Virus record (IMG/VR): IMGVR_UViG_3300037484_000683
Coordinates: 1 to 60,033 of that record
Origin: a virus
Taxonomy: Duplodnaviria; Caudoviricetes
Direction: 5' to 3' (one strand)
Length of the DNA stretch: 60,033 nucleotides
The notes beneath the pieces were generated by a model. It saw nothing but the letters and a program-made list of their open reading frames with translations, searched no databases and had not been told where the DNA came from. This document shows positions 45,004 to 55,197 of the stretch, piece after piece. Position numbers and translations under genes: made by a program. Position 1 is the stretch's first letter; each line of letters begins with the position of its first letter.

Positions 45004-45336
45004 TCAGCCTGGTTCATTAGATGGTGGCGGATTTAGCCAGGCTATTGCCTCATCCTGCCATTGTTTAATAATTTTCGCTGGCCGTTTAATGCTCTTGGCC
45101 AGATTACTCACATTCGCCTCAATGAGTTGAGTAACGGTAAAAACCCCGGCCATTGCCAACGTGCCGGCCCGTTTATCCCAATCAGGTAGCTCGGATAGTG
45201 GGGGGGTTGCCACTCTAACTAATGTGCCACTTTCGAGCATCCGGGCTATAGTGTTCGGACTTAGCTCACCGTCTTTGATAATGTCGCCATATTTTTGCCC
45301 GGTTGAAAGCGGGGTGCGTCTAACCATTCTGTACAT
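45004..45336 (-). CDS. Hypothetical protein (HhH-like C-terminal part)
   Basis: GGAG RBS; LAMAGVFTVTQL. Confidence 0.6.
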   Translation of the reverse strand: MYRMVRRTPLSTGQKYGDIIKDGELSPNTIARMLESGTLVRVATPPLSELPDWDKRAGTLAMAGVFTVTQLIEANVSNLAKSIKRPAKIIKQWQDEAIAWLNPPPSNEPG

Positions 45337-45353
45337 TTATGCTCCAAAACAAA

Positions 45354-45403
45354 CACGGCCTACTCAGGCCGCGTGATACACTGTGGCGGTCAAGTAGGCC
45401 GTG
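45354..45403 (-). promoter_or_regulatory. Long hairpin before the RBS, related to 58605-58648
   Basis: CACGGCCTACT/AGTAGGCCGTG stem with inner CCGC/GCGG. Confidence 0.65.
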
Positions 45404-45449
45404 CGGATTACTCCGGTGGGCCGAACTAAAGTAGAGTTTTTAGAACTTC

Positions 45450-45926
45450 TTAGAAAGTCCTGAATACCAATCTAAACCGTGCCCCGATATATTTTAACTC
45501 TGGTCCACCGTACTCAAATACCACCCGATTCCAGCTCCATTGAAAATTAGCGATACCAGTCAAGCTGAATGGGTTAGGGCAGTTTTGGGTTTTGAGATTG
45601 GCTCTAATTGCATCTATACCGCTAACTAGCGTGGCCATATCCTCGCCAATGTGGGACCGCTGCCGCCCATAGTAATCGGCGTGAATGACAATTTCCTCAT
45701 CAATGAAAGGCGTAGAGCCAAAGGTGATTTTTTGCGTTCCACTGCCTACGCTGACCGGCGCTTCTTCCTCTGGGTAAATCTGCAATACCTTTTCGTCATT
45801 CATCCCCTCGGTTAGCTCGCTGAAATTCTGACTTTCGGTCAAATCCCCAGAGGCAACCAGAGCCGCGCCCAGAGTGGTATCAATAGCCGTGCAAATTTGG
45901 GCGACCGTAACGGTAGATGCTGGCAT
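45450..45926 (-). CDS. Tail terminator/completion protein
   Basis: Position between the gp10-like gene and tail tube; size. Confidence 0.6.
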   Translation of the reverse strand: MPASTVTVAQICTAIDTTLGAALVASGDLTESQNFSELTEGMNDEKVLQIYPEEEAPVSVGSGTQKITFGSTPFIDEEIVIHADYYGRQRSHIGEDMATLVSGIDAIRANLKTQNCPNPFSLTGIANFQWSWNRVVFEYGGPELKYIGARFRLVFRTF

Positions 45927-46370
45927 TTATTTAGCTACCTTCCTGATATAGTCATTAAATAATTGTACAATCCGGCCCTGGTTTGTGTCCAATGCCTTTT
46001 GCAGAAACAGCCGGGCTTTGGTGCCCCGCCGTGATATAGCCCGCGCTACAAGGAAGGCCGTTGTACCATGCCGCCGTGCCCAGGTTTCCAGTGCAACCAG
46101 TGGCGGCCAATGCGGACGTGTCCCCCGTTCCATATACAAAGCCGATAGTTGATTGCTGCCCACCACGCCGGTTGTCGAATTGTTACGACTTTCCACGCTC
46201 GGCATAATGCTGGCCCTGGTCACACCCCGATCAACCGGCGCGTTACGCCTGGCATCGCCGGCAACGAGTAGCGTAGCCTGGCGCATTGGTTCGGTTGTAT
46301 CCTTGACTTGCCCTGATATGCGGGTTAGATTCACTACTGTTTCATTCAATCCCTTGAATGATATTTGCAT
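45927..46370 (-). CDS. HK97 gp10-like neck protein
   Basis: ARRNAPVDRG..RASI, YMERGT, FLQKA. Confidence 0.85.
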   Translation of the reverse strand: MQISFKGLNETVVNLTRISGQVKDTTEPMRQATLLVAGDARRNAPVDRGVTRASIMPSVESRNNSTTGVVGSNQLSALYMERGTRPHWPPLVALETWARRHGTTAFLVARAISRRGTKARLFLQKALDTNQGRIVQLFNDYIRKVAK

Positions 46371-47042
46371 CTATCGCCGCCCCACCGCTGGCTTGACATA
46401 GCGGCCATTAACCAAAATCATTTTAACGTCAGGGTCTAGCACCTGCCGGTAAAGCAGCGTCCCTAACTCGGAGCTCGCCAGGGCATCACTCATAGCCCCT
46501 TCCAGCCGTTTGTACCAGCGGGCCGATTGCATAATGCAAGCCTCTTTAATGTCAGCAGGCACAGCCACTGAATACCCCCATTTCGCCGTCACTCGCACCG
46601 TTGGCGCTCCCCGGCTCCTGTCGGTTTCAGGGGGGAACCCGCGCAGCCCGCCAAACTTACCGCCCGTAAAATACGCCTGGTCTCCGGTCGGGTTAGTCAT
46701 CAACATCGTATAGGGTAGCATATTAAAATTAGGGTCTTTATAGTCACCCCGGAAGGGTATCCAATCGCCTGCCGCCCAACTGACATATGTGGTGTCGCTG
46801 ACACTTTCCTTAACCTCGACCAGAGTGATAGCCACGCACTCATCAATAGACATATAGGCTCTACCTGTGCCGGCGTAAATTCGAGCTATTGCAGTGGTCA
46901 GGGCTACAAAGCCATCAATTCGATTTGTAAACAGGTTGATGGTATTCTCTGCTGCCGCAATGATGGCGGTCAAGATAGTATCATCGGCTACAGAGGTCTT
47001 ATTCATCTGGGTTCGAAGTTCGGCGGCAGTTGCGTAGGCCAT
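46371..47042 (-). CDS. Head-tail connector/adaptor
   Basis: AYATAAEL, VRVTAKWGY..VPADIKEAC. Confidence 0.85.
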   Translation of the reverse strand: MAYATAAELRTQMNKTSVADDTILTAIIAAAENTINLFTNRIDGFVALTTAIARIYAGTGRAYMSIDECVAITLVEVKESVSDTTYVSWAAGDWIPFRGDYKDPNFNMLPYTMLMTNPTGDQAYFTGGKFGGLRGFPPETDRSRGAPTVRVTAKWGYSVAVPADIKEACIMQSARWYKRLEGAMSDALASSELGTLLYRQVLDPDVKMILVNGRYVKPAVGRR

Positions 47043-48286
47043 TATCTCAACTCCAACCAATTCAATTCGGCAGCAGTGTCAGTCGCTCCGCCCGGTATAG
47101 AAGTAGCCACCACCGATAGACTGTCGGTCAAAGGGGTTGTCGGGTGATTGCCGTCAATGTCAAGGGCCAGGGGAAGTTTTGATAAAACATCCTTATGTAT
47201 TTCACCCCCAATAATACCAGCGCCAACTACAACATAACCCGACCCAACCTTGACCCCTCCGGTAATGGCCGTAGCCGCCACGTCTTTTTCAACTATACTG
47301 TAAGTCGTGTCAACATTTGCCCAGCTTGCCCCGGTCAACGTTCCTCCGTAGATAAGTTCAAAAAAGGTATTTTGGTCATCGGCAAACACTTCAACCTCCG
47401 CTTGTCTTATCTGCCCGCGGTTGACAATACTATTAAATAAAGCTCTGGGTCGAATAGATAAAATAGGGCGACGGGTGGTTACTGATACGGACGTGGTGCC
47501 ATTCCCAGCGCTAATAGGGATACCTCGCTCTGTCTCAAAGCCACCTTCACTGATGACCTGAGAGCAAATCTGTTTCAGACTGTGGACTGCGCTTATCGTT
47601 GAGCTAATCTCGTATCTAACCGGCAGATTAGCTGTTGTCATATAAACAGAGGTCAGAACGTTGGCATTTTTGAAGTAGTTGGCATAAATAATTTGACCAT
47701 CCATCACAAAGCCGATTCTAACCCGGCCCACGCCTAACCATTCCATATCAATGACCAGGATTTGAGTTTTGCTGACATCTAATTGATAGCCGCTTGGATT
47801 TCTCTGGCCATCTCGATTACCAATCAGGGTATCCGGCTTCCAATCGGCCTGAGCCACTACATTGTCAACCGCCGCCCCGGTGACATAAGTACGTCTCACA
47901 AAACGTAGGGTCGTACCGCTAACCTCCAAAAATATACCGTTTCTGTCATCAAAATAACCAACCCGTTGAGTTATCCCAGCGGTAGGAGTTGCCCCGGCAA
48001 AGGTCATTAAAATATACTGGCTTTTGCCGGGCTGGTAACGATGATACGCTTTCGTCTGTCTGATAATCGTATCATTTTGGCCAACGGTTAGATTGACGCT
48101 CGATTCATTGGGTAAATGAGTAATCGCCGCGTTACCGCTGTTATTGGTGATCTTCTCATTCCACAAAAGGGTAAATGTGTCATATTGCGCCTGGCTATCA
48201 AACAAGCTGGCCGGGTTACTGGTACGCCAACGGCCAAAGGCATCTATGGCGGCAGAATCGGCAGGATAAATAGCAACGCCATCCAT
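47042..48286 (-). CDS. Beta-rich virion structural protein
   Basis: DAFGRWRTSNP..LFD, RYQPGKSQ, WLGVGRVRIGF pattern seen in phage virion proteins. Confidence 0.65.
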   Translation of the reverse strand: MDGVAIYPADSAAIDAFGRWRTSNPASLFDSQAQYDTFTLLWNEKITNNSGNAAITHLPNESSVNLTVGQNDTIIRQTKAYHRYQPGKSQYILMTFAGATPTAGITQRVGYFDDRNGIFLEVSGTTLRFVRRTYVTGAAVDNVVAQADWKPDTLIGNRDGQRNPSGYQLDVSKTQILVIDMEWLGVGRVRIGFVMDGQIIYANYFKNANVLTSVYMTTANLPVRYEISSTISAVHSLKQICSQVISEGGFETERGIPISAGNGTTSVSVTTRRPILSIRPRALFNSIVNRGQIRQAEVEVFADDQNTFFELIYGGTLTGASWANVDTTYSIVEKDVAATAITGGVKVGSGYVVVGAGIIGGEIHKDVLSKLPLALDIDGNHPTTPLTDSLSVVATSIPGGATDTAAELNWLELR

Positions 48287-48912
48287 TAGATAGTTTCCCC
48301 CGGTCTCCGCACAAAACCGGCCAACCCTACCAGGCCATCATCTACAATCAATACGTCCGGTTGTCGCCCTAGATGTTTTGCCAGGTCGTTGACCGCTTCA
48401 TAAACGGGCGGGCACTGGCGACGGCTGCCCAATGGCGAATAATCGTGAAAGACCATCAAGCCCCCATCAATGAGCCGGTTAAAATAGGGGAAATCCATTT
48501 TTACCCGCTTGTGATCTCCATCAACAAAAATGAAATTGTAACAGGCCGTGCCATCGCTTTCCCTGAGATAATCCCAACTCAGCCGGTGTAAAATCTCCAC
48601 ATTGGGGAAGCGGATTAACACCCTGGCACTTTTGACCGCTTCCACTTCACCTTCTGAAGCGTTCAGAGTGGTGATCCTGCTGGCGGGCATGGCGCTGGCC
48701 AGGTAGAAACAGGAGTACCCGTAAGCCGTGCCGATTTCCAGCGCCCGCCCGCCATTATAAGGTTTGGCGAGGTGATACAGGGCTGCGGCCTGGTAGGGGA
48801 AAACCGCCTTTTTGGTATTGTTTACTGCACCCCGCGCATTTTTTTCGATATTGATAAGCTCAGGGTGGAGGGCCACATATTCGGCTAGAAGTTGCTCAGG
48901 TGTGTTATTCAC
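48286..48912 (-). CDS. Class I SAM-dependent O-methyltransferase-like protein
   Basis: LEIGTAYGYS, FIFVDGDH, VFHDY. Confidence 0.88.
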   Translation of the reverse strand: MNNTPEQLLAEYVALHPELINIEKNARGAVNNTKKAVFPYQAAALYHLAKPYNGGRALEIGTAYGYSCFYLASAMPASRITTLNASEGEVEAVKSARVLIRFPNVEILHRLSWDYLRESDGTACYNFIFVDGDHKRVKMDFPYFNRLIDGGLMVFHDYSPLGSRRQCPPVYEAVNDLAKHLGRQPDVLIVDDGLVGLAGFVRRPGETI

Positions 48913-49072
48913 AGTAGCCCCCCCCATTTACGAAGAGAGCAGCCAACACGCCAAGCGCGACAGTGGTAATAAACCACATTAGGCAACCGGTAAGCTCCAG
49001 GTCGTAGTGATCTAATATATACCTGCCGATTTTGAGCGAAATATGGCCTGTATCATCGTGAAAAAAATTCAT
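48905..49072 (-). CDS. Small membrane protein
   Basis: ATGA coupling, C-terminal TM segment. Confidence 0.5.
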   Translation of the reverse strand: MNFFHDDTGHISLKIGRYILDHYDLELTGCLMWFITTVALGVLAALFVNGGGYCE

Positions 49073-50313
49073 ACCAACCCCCGCCCTGATAGCTCGCTCA
49101 TCAATTGCTGTGGTATTTTCTTGGCATCCCATTCGCCGGGCTTTTTACCCTCACCCCCGATAGCATTGGCGTAAACCAGAGGAGGATGCTTGCAACCCAA
49201 TATCAACCCGTCAAACTCGCCCTTTTCTCTGGCTTCGATTATTCGCTTTGTGCCTAGTTTCTCAAATTGCCAGGCGTTTTCTTTTGGATCCAAAAACCTG
49301 AGTAAAAAGCCTTTGCGCCAGATAGCCGCCTGCAAGCTGGCTTGAAAAGGAGCGTCATTGGTGGATTGGATAAACAATTCACTAAGCTGATTATGGGGCA
49401 CTTTGGCCCTATCGCCGGCCAGGTCTATTTTAGCAACCTCTGGGTGTTGGCTCATAAAATCCCAAACCGACTGAATAGCCTTAGCTCCTACCGGCTCGGT
49501 TAAAAAGTAATCTTCCAACATCAGCAAAATCAACTCACCATTATATTGGGTCAGATATTTTATCAAACCACTTGACCACGTGTAATCAGCCTGATTGCCA
49601 ATGGCCCAATTCGTAAAATTGCCGGGTAGGTTATAGGGTCGTTTCTCATACCTGACCACCTTGACCGGCTGCCCACCTCCCCAAAACTTATTAAACAAAT
49701 AAGCAAACGGCGGCAAGCAGTGAAGGTAGTCGTTGGAGGTCAGGACCGTTACCTCTAACTTGTCAGGCTCAACAAAGCGCCTGACTATCGACATAGCCTT
49801 TACTGGCATAGCGATAATAGCCGCCTGCCAGATGACCATTTCATAGCCAGCAGGTAAGGCCGCTTTGACTTCATCCAATGTCGGCCATTTGGCAGCGTTA
49901 TATGGCGACTTGACCGGCTCAACAAAGTAGCGGGCATCGTCAATTAGAATGAGGTGAGGTAAGCCCGTTTCTTTAATGGCAGTCAGTTCTGCTAATAGCG
50001 GACATTCCTCTGTCAACACAGCCGGTTTGTCCTTGCATCTATGGGCATCTAGCCAAAAAATAGCAGGCTTCTTAAGCCGCTTGACTACTTTGGGCAACTC
50101 AACCGCGCTGTCGCCGTGAATAAGTCTGGCCTTAATGTCCAACCCCACCGCCCGGTTATAATAGCCCTCATCAATTTCAATGCTGACCACTTTGGGGAAA
50201 CTATCAGCCGCCCAGCGGGTGGTGTAGGCTTTGAAAATGCCGGTCTCAACGAAAGTAGAGATATTAAAAGCGTCTCGCAACGCCAGGGTTAAATCTTCCA
50301 ATTCTTTACGCAA
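49069..50313 (-). CDS. Methyltransferase-like domain fused to a GT-A glycosyltransferase-like domain
   Basis: FVETG, HGDS, FWLDAH, ILIDDAR; then LLMLEDYFL, SLQAAIW, AWQFE. Confidence 0.75.
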   Translation of the reverse strand: MRKELEDLTLALRDAFNISTFVETGIFKAYTTRWAADSFPKVVSIEIDEGYYNRAVGLDIKARLIHGDSAVELPKVVKRLKKPAIFWLDAHRCKDKPAVLTEECPLLAELTAIKETGLPHLILIDDARYFVEPVKSPYNAAKWPTLDEVKAALPAGYEMVIWQAAIIAMPVKAMSIVRRFVEPDKLEVTVLTSNDYLHCLPPFAYLFNKFWGGGQPVKVVRYEKRPYNLPGNFTNWAIGNQADYTWSSGLIKYLTQYNGELILLMLEDYFLTEPVGAKAIQSVWDFMSQHPEVAKIDLAGDRAKVPHNQLSELFIQSTNDAPFQASLQAAIWRKGFLLRFLDPKENAWQFEKLGTKRIIEAREKGEFDGLILGCKHPPLVYANAIGGEGKKPGEWDAKKIPQQLMSELSGRGLV

Positions 50314-51157
50314 TGCCTAGCTCCTCTTGTAAAATCACTCGCAACTGCCGCGCCCGCATGCTCCATGCGTGGTACTTGGCGACTAATCGTTTACCCCACC
50401 TGGCCCGCTCCTGCCACTCGCCACTATCCAAAAGGTAATCGCAGACGGTAGGAATATCGTCAAGGTGCTTCACCTCTACATAGTCGCGGCCCGGCACTCG
50501 CTCGTCGCCGGATATAGCCGGGATTGGACCGGTAACGAGGCAAGCCCCGCAGGATAGCGCATCAAAGACCCGGTGGGGGCGATTGCCGGGCACTCTGGGC
50601 CAGTTGACCACGATCTTGCTTTGGGCCATAGCGCGGGCATAGTCCACTATATTGAGCGTGCCGGTAGCAAAGTTCAAGCCTCGTTCTTTGTAATAAGCCC
50701 TCAACATATTCCGTAGCCGGCCCCGCTCCTCGTTGCTGCCACAGTAGAATGACACGTCAATATCTCGTTTGGATTCATAATCCCGCATCAACCTATCGTT
50801 TACGCAATAATTCCAGCGTCTAACCGGTTTGCCCAGATGAGTGAAGCGGTCGAGGCTGTCGTGATCCACTAAAATCAAATCGGCGTTTTTGGCCCGCTGT
50901 AAACGTGATTCCAAATGGCCTTCTGACAAAGTGCTGTCAATCACCACGTAGACCAGCGGCTTGTGTAGGCCGGCGTACCGTTTTGGCCCCGCATCCTCCT
51001 GAATGACAATATCAAATTTGTTGAGCGCATCAGCGTTAAGCCCATCAAAATGAGTCCACTTAAATTCAGGCACCGCGTATGAAAAATAGCCCATATTGCG
51101 ACAATCACGCTCCTGGGTAGACGGGGCAGACTTGACCACCAAAGCCACGTTAATCAA
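50306..51157 (-). CDS. GT-B glycosyltransferase (CgeB-like)
   Basis: DVSFY, SKIVVN, RVFDALSCGACLVT. Confidence 0.8.
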   Translation of the reverse strand: MINVALVVKSAPSTQERDCRNMGYFSYAVPEFKWTHFDGLNADALNKFDIVIQEDAGPKRYAGLHKPLVYVVIDSTLSEGHLESRLQRAKNADLILVDHDSLDRFTHLGKPVRRWNYCVNDRLMRDYESKRDIDVSFYCGSNEERGRLRNMLRAYYKERGLNFATGTLNIVDYARAMAQSKIVVNWPRVPGNRPHRVFDALSCGACLVTGPIPAISGDERVPGRDYVEVKHLDDIPTVCDYLLDSGEWQERARWGKRLVAKYHAWSMRARQLRVILQEELGIA

Positions 51158-52067
51158 GGCGCAAATGCTCCCCTACATAACCAAGCCAGCCAGGGAAGAG
51201 TAGGTATTTCTCTGCCCATTGCCGGCTATGTTTTCCCCACTCAATTACACGGGCACGGTCCAGGCACAAGGTACGCAATTCCTGGTATAGCCCATTTTCA
51301 TCATAGGCTTTAACAACTGGCGGAGCCGGGAAAAATCCTTCCAAATATTCCTCACCGCGTAAGGCCGTGATGACTACTGAGCCAAAAGCCAATGCCTCTT
51401 CACCACTGCGGCCCAGGCCCGCCGGCATATCGATGTCGGGGATTTGGTCAATAAAAATGTGGGCCTTGCGCTTTTGGGCTAAACATTCTCGCCAGGGCAG
51501 ATTGAGCAATGAGGTATAAACCAGGTCGGGGAACTCCTGTTTTAATTGATCTACCACCCGCTCTATTTTGTCAGTCCCTTTGAGCTTGCGCTTATTCTCA
51601 GTTCGAGGGGAGTGCATAATCTGTAAGGGGTAGGGCTTGTCAATATCCCACCCAAAATCCAGCACCGGATGACACAAGGGCACGGCCCAGGCAGCAGCCT
51701 TATCCATTAAATCCATCATGGCAAAGGTGGTTTTCACCTCAAGCATTTCGGCTATGTGCTTGAAATAATGTGGCTCTTGCCAGTAGGCAGTATCACCCCA
51801 AAAGGCTACCCAATTCGCCTTAGTCGGCATTAGTAAATCCAGCGATACGCCCAGGCCAGCAGCGTCGGCAATCATCGTAAAGCGTGAGGATTCAATGAGA
51901 CTGCGGCAATAATCGGCATTAGCACGGGTCAAAATAATATCTTCTTCCCCTGGCCAAAGGGGGTGTGTTTCCAGGGTGATAAGCCGTGTTTCTTCCCACA
52001 TTGAAAAGGCCCGGCGCAGATTGTAAGCCGCCCCAAAAGTGGGGTTAAGGGCGAGTATTGTTATCAT
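51150..52067 (-). CDS. GT-B glycosyltransferase-like protein
   Basis: HSP...KGT, HIFIDQI, GRSGEEALAFG. Confidence 0.78.
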   Translation of the reverse strand: MITILALNPTFGAAYNLRRAFSMWEETRLITLETHPLWPGEEDIILTRANADYCRSLIESSRFTMIADAAGLGVSLDLLMPTKANWVAFWGDTAYWQEPHYFKHIAEMLEVKTTFAMMDLMDKAAAWAVPLCHPVLDFGWDIDKPYPLQIMHSPRTENKRKLKGTDKIERVVDQLKQEFPDLVYTSLLNLPWRECLAQKRKAHIFIDQIPDIDMPAGLGRSGEEALAFGSVVITALRGEEYLEGFFPAPPVVKAYDENGLYQELRTLCLDRARVIEWGKHSRQWAEKYLLFPGWLGYVGEHLRLD

Positions 52068-53698
52068 CCCTTCACCTTCCCGCTAAACTTCTCTACCGCC
52101 TGCCACGCCTCCGGGCTATCTATCCGGCCTTGAATTAGACCATTCCACCGCCGCGCCTCCATATTGTGATGCTTAATGGCAATCTCACCTTTGGGCATCT
52201 CGTAGCGGGTGGTGGCGTTCCATTGGTTCATCAGGACAAAGGTGCGGAGAGGCTTATCATAAAGCGCCCGCAGTAAGGCCCCTTGATCTCGTTTGCCGTA
52301 TTTTTGCCATTCGCTCTGCCACATCTGGAAAAAGCGCCGGGTATTTGCATTGCGCCGGTAGGCCATCATTCCGCCGTTGTACTGTAGCAACTGCTGGCCG
52401 CCCATCACCTCCCAGGTTTCAACGCACTCATCTAGGTTGTCGGGTCGCTTCATCTCCCCCACGATACCATATTTATTGTTATCCTTGCAGATAACAAATT
52501 CCCACCCATCTCGCAGGACTTGAAACAAGAATGAGACATCCCCGACTATTTCAATATCGGCGTCGAGGTAAAGAACATAATTCCAGGCAGCCGGGGCGAG
52601 TTCGTCAACCTTCAATTTTGCCACCCGCCCGCCGGCGTCAACATCATCCTGCTGGATAAAAATATCTTCACTGCCAATAGGTTTTTCAGCTACCAACGCG
52701 ACCGGCAGCCCCGGCATTTGCTTGTGAACGCTGTCAATGCAGCGCTGGGCACATTTACGGGATGGCTCTCCAAAGGCAACGACATACACACCGCTATTGC
52801 CTTGCCAGTCGGGTAAGCTGTCAATATCCTCGTGTTGAAAATAGCTGTTGACCATTTGCCGATGATCGGCGGCCCAATGCTCAACGGTGTAGTTATCAAG
52901 TATCACTTGACGTAAGGCATCGCGGTCAACCGGCTCCGCAAAGGCGGCCCGCTCGGTTGCCTCAATCATTGCCTTGACGTTGCCACACTCATAACGGTAA
53001 ATGCCTGGTATGTCGGGCAATTCGTCAATGAGACCGATGTGCTCAGGTACTACGATTTTAACACCGCAGGCCAGGGCTTCTAATGGTGGCATCGGGACAC
53101 CCTCGAATAGCGATGGCACCAGCAAAATATCAAGCTCCTGGAAGTAGGTTTGAATGTCTTTCCACTCGTGGTACTCGCAACGGACGCCAGTCCAGCCGCG
53201 CCCGCTCGCCCGCAGGGTGATACGCCTGACAAAATCGGAACCGGCTAATTGCTCAAATAATCGTTCCCCTTTGCGCCCATCGTTGTAGGTAAACCCCATC
53301 ACCCCGATAACCGGCTTGTCGCCTTTTGGAGCCGGTTTAATGGTGAATTTGTCCACTTCAACCGGAGGCCGGCATTGGTAGATTTTATCAGCCGGTAAAT
53401 ATTGATGGTACATTTTGGCCGTTGTTACGCAGGTATCAACCAGCCCTGCGGAGGTGTGCCACATCTGCTCTTTGCCCTTGTTTTGAGTATCAAGATGGCT
53501 AAAATACGCGCCTATCGGTGTACCGTGCCAACCCTTGCACTTTTGGTGATAGGTGTTGTAATTGTTGAAATAGTTAAAATCGGCGGTAGGTTCTGGCGAT
53601 TCCGACAGGCTCCAACCGTTATGCACGGCCAGGTATTTGGCCAGCCGGGGCAGGATGCGGTCACTATTCATGCGGTCGGTAATGATGTGGACTCTCAT
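52064..53698 (-). CDS. GT4-like plus GT8-like bifunctional glycosyltransferase
   Basis: DILLVPSLFEGVPMPPLEALACG; then LYLDAD, YNGGM, DQGAL, WN. Confidence 0.88.
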   Translation of the reverse strand: MRVHIITDRMNSDRILPRLAKYLAVHNGWSLSESPEPTADFNYFNNYNTYHQKCKGWHGTPIGAYFSHLDTQNKGKEQMWHTSAGLVDTCVTTAKMYHQYLPADKIYQCRPPVEVDKFTIKPAPKGDKPVIGVMGFTYNDGRKGERLFEQLAGSDFVRRITLRASGRGWTGVRCEYHEWKDIQTYFQELDILLVPSLFEGVPMPPLEALACGVKIVVPEHIGLIDELPDIPGIYRYECGNVKAMIEATERAAFAEPVDRDALRQVILDNYTVEHWAADHRQMVNSYFQHEDIDSLPDWQGNSGVYVVAFGEPSRKCAQRCIDSVHKQMPGLPVALVAEKPIGSEDIFIQQDDVDAGGRVAKLKVDELAPAAWNYVLYLDADIEIVGDVSFLFQVLRDGWEFVICKDNNKYGIVGEMKRPDNLDECVETWEVMGGQQLLQYNGGMMAYRRNANTRRFFQMWQSEWQKYGKRDQGALLRALYDKPLRTFVLMNQWNATTRYEMPKGEIAIKHHNMEARRWNGLIQGRIDSPEAWQAVEKFSGKVKG

Positions 53699-53976
53699 TT
53701 GGTTTCAGATACAAATTCTCTGCGAATACAATAATATATTTCGACTGGTCGCAATTGATGTTCTAAAATCACCAATTCAAACGGGCCAAAAGTAATAGTA
53801 TCAAATATTTGGGGATCATCTGGGTGAATAAAAATCTCCCTGTTGGCTTGTAGCATCAATTCGCCGGAAATACCCAGAATACCGTCTTTTGGCCCTGTCC
53901 ATTCAAAATCGTAATTAACAGGTTCCCCGGCTGAATTGTAATCAGCATTGGTATTTATACCTGCTGTAACTTCCAT
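53695..53976 (-). CDS. Hypothetical protein
   Basis: AAGG RBS; ATGA coupling. Confidence 0.55.
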   Translation of the reverse strand: MEVTAGINTNADYNSAGEPVNYDFEWTGPKDGILGISGELMLQANREIFIHPDDPQIFDTITFGPFELVILEHQLRPVEIYYCIRREFVSETK

Positions 53977-53977
53977 T

Positions 53978-54379
53978 TTACCTTCTCTTTATTTGTCTTT
54001 CTTGGGCAACATCATAAATTTGCCGAATTGTCAATATCATAAATTTGCCGAATTGCCAATATTGGACAGGATTACCATATTCTTTTCCCGAATAAGGACG
54101 ACCCTGCTCGTCCAATTTTAAGCGTCTGACCAGTCCATACCCCAAGCCGTTCCTTCTTAAAATGGCCTCGGTTATGTTGAGGGATATATTCCGAATTTGA
54201 ATATCAAAAACACTTACATCAGCCTCGGCAAAGCGAAAGGCGGCATTACGATAGGTGTACCCCAGAGGCCACAAAAGAGCATCAAGAATAATCGTAATAT
54301 ATTTACCAGAGGTAAAATAAACATTCCATTTAGCCCGCCTAAACTTTTCCGAATAGATGTTCGACAATTTCACCGCCAT
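53978..54379 (-). CDS. Hypothetical protein
   Basis: ORF track; start uncertain. Confidence 0.5.
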   Translation of the reverse strand: MAVKLSNIYSEKFRRAKWNVYFTSGKYITIILDALLWPLGYTYRNAAFRFAEADVSVFDIQIRNISLNITEAILRRNGLGYGLVRRLKLDEQGRPYSGKEYGNPVQYWQFGKFMILTIRQIYDVAQERQIKRR

Positions 54380-54926
54380 TCCAACACCTCCCTAATAGCC
54401 AAATCCTAACCGGCTCAATTGCCAGTGCTCGCAATAAGGCCGCCTGGTCTTGTCCTTGCCAGCGGTTCCATTGCCGCGCCCATTCGTCAAACAACTTGGC
54501 GCAGCGTTGCCGGTGAAAAAACATTACACCAGCCTGTAACTGCATAGGCCAGAAGTTTCCAAGTTCGTGTAAGGTTTGTTCCTTTTCATCGCTATTTTGA
54601 ATGTGTCTAAACAAATCGTTACCCTGATTCCTGCTGGGCGCTATAGCTAAATCCCAATTGTCTAGCAGGTCAAAGCCGGGGGTGATGTCGCATTTTATCC
54701 GGGTATCTGCGTCCAAATAAAGCACCTTGTCAAAGTCCACCAGCCTGGGCAGGTTCACTTTTGCCAGCCTAGATTTTTGCTCATCAGTCCTGAATTGATC
54801 TACATCAAACTGATATTCCGTGATAACTTTAACAGGTAGATCATTGTGCTTTAACAGGCTGGCTATACTCTGCTCGGCTTCGTATTGAGCCTGCTGTCCG
54901 TAAACGACATAGGCGACGCCGTTCAC
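54339..54926 (-). CDS. GT8-like glycosyltransferase
   Basis: LYLDADT, QAGVMFF, DQAALLRAL; paralogous to the C-half of 52064..53698. Confidence 0.85.
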   Translation of the reverse strand: MNGVAYVVYGQQAQYEAEQSIASLLKHNDLPVKVITEYQFDVDQFRTDEQKSRLAKVNLPRLVDFDKVLYLDADTRIKCDITPGFDLLDNWDLAIAPSRNQGNDLFRHIQNSDEKEQTLHELGNFWPMQLQAGVMFFHRQRCAKLFDEWARQWNRWQGQDQAALLRALAIEPVRIWLLGRCWNGGEIVEHLFGKV

Positions 54927-55022
54927 TATACTTTCTTGATTTTAAACAGCTTAAAAAATACAGTGATTATCACTATAAAAATTACAACGGTATATTCGAG
55001 AATAGAAGGTTTTTCCATTGCA

Positions 55023-55187
55023 TCACCGATTGAGCAGTGATATAACCTGATCTCCACCGATTAACAGAAAGGCCAGCAAGCCAGCAAAGAAAGCAATCCG
55101 GCCCATTTCAGCCACTTTGGGATTTGTCGCCAGAGCGTACATTAAGACACCGACGACAGCGACCAATAAGGGAAGTAAAACAATCAT
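55023..55187 (-). CDS. Small two-TM membrane protein
   Basis: AAGGAG RBS; two hydrophobic segments. Confidence 0.65.
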   Translation of the reverse strand: MIVLLPLLVAVVGVLMYALATNPKVAEMGRIAFFAGLLAFLLIGGDQVISLLNR

Positions 55188-55197
55188 TGTAATCTCC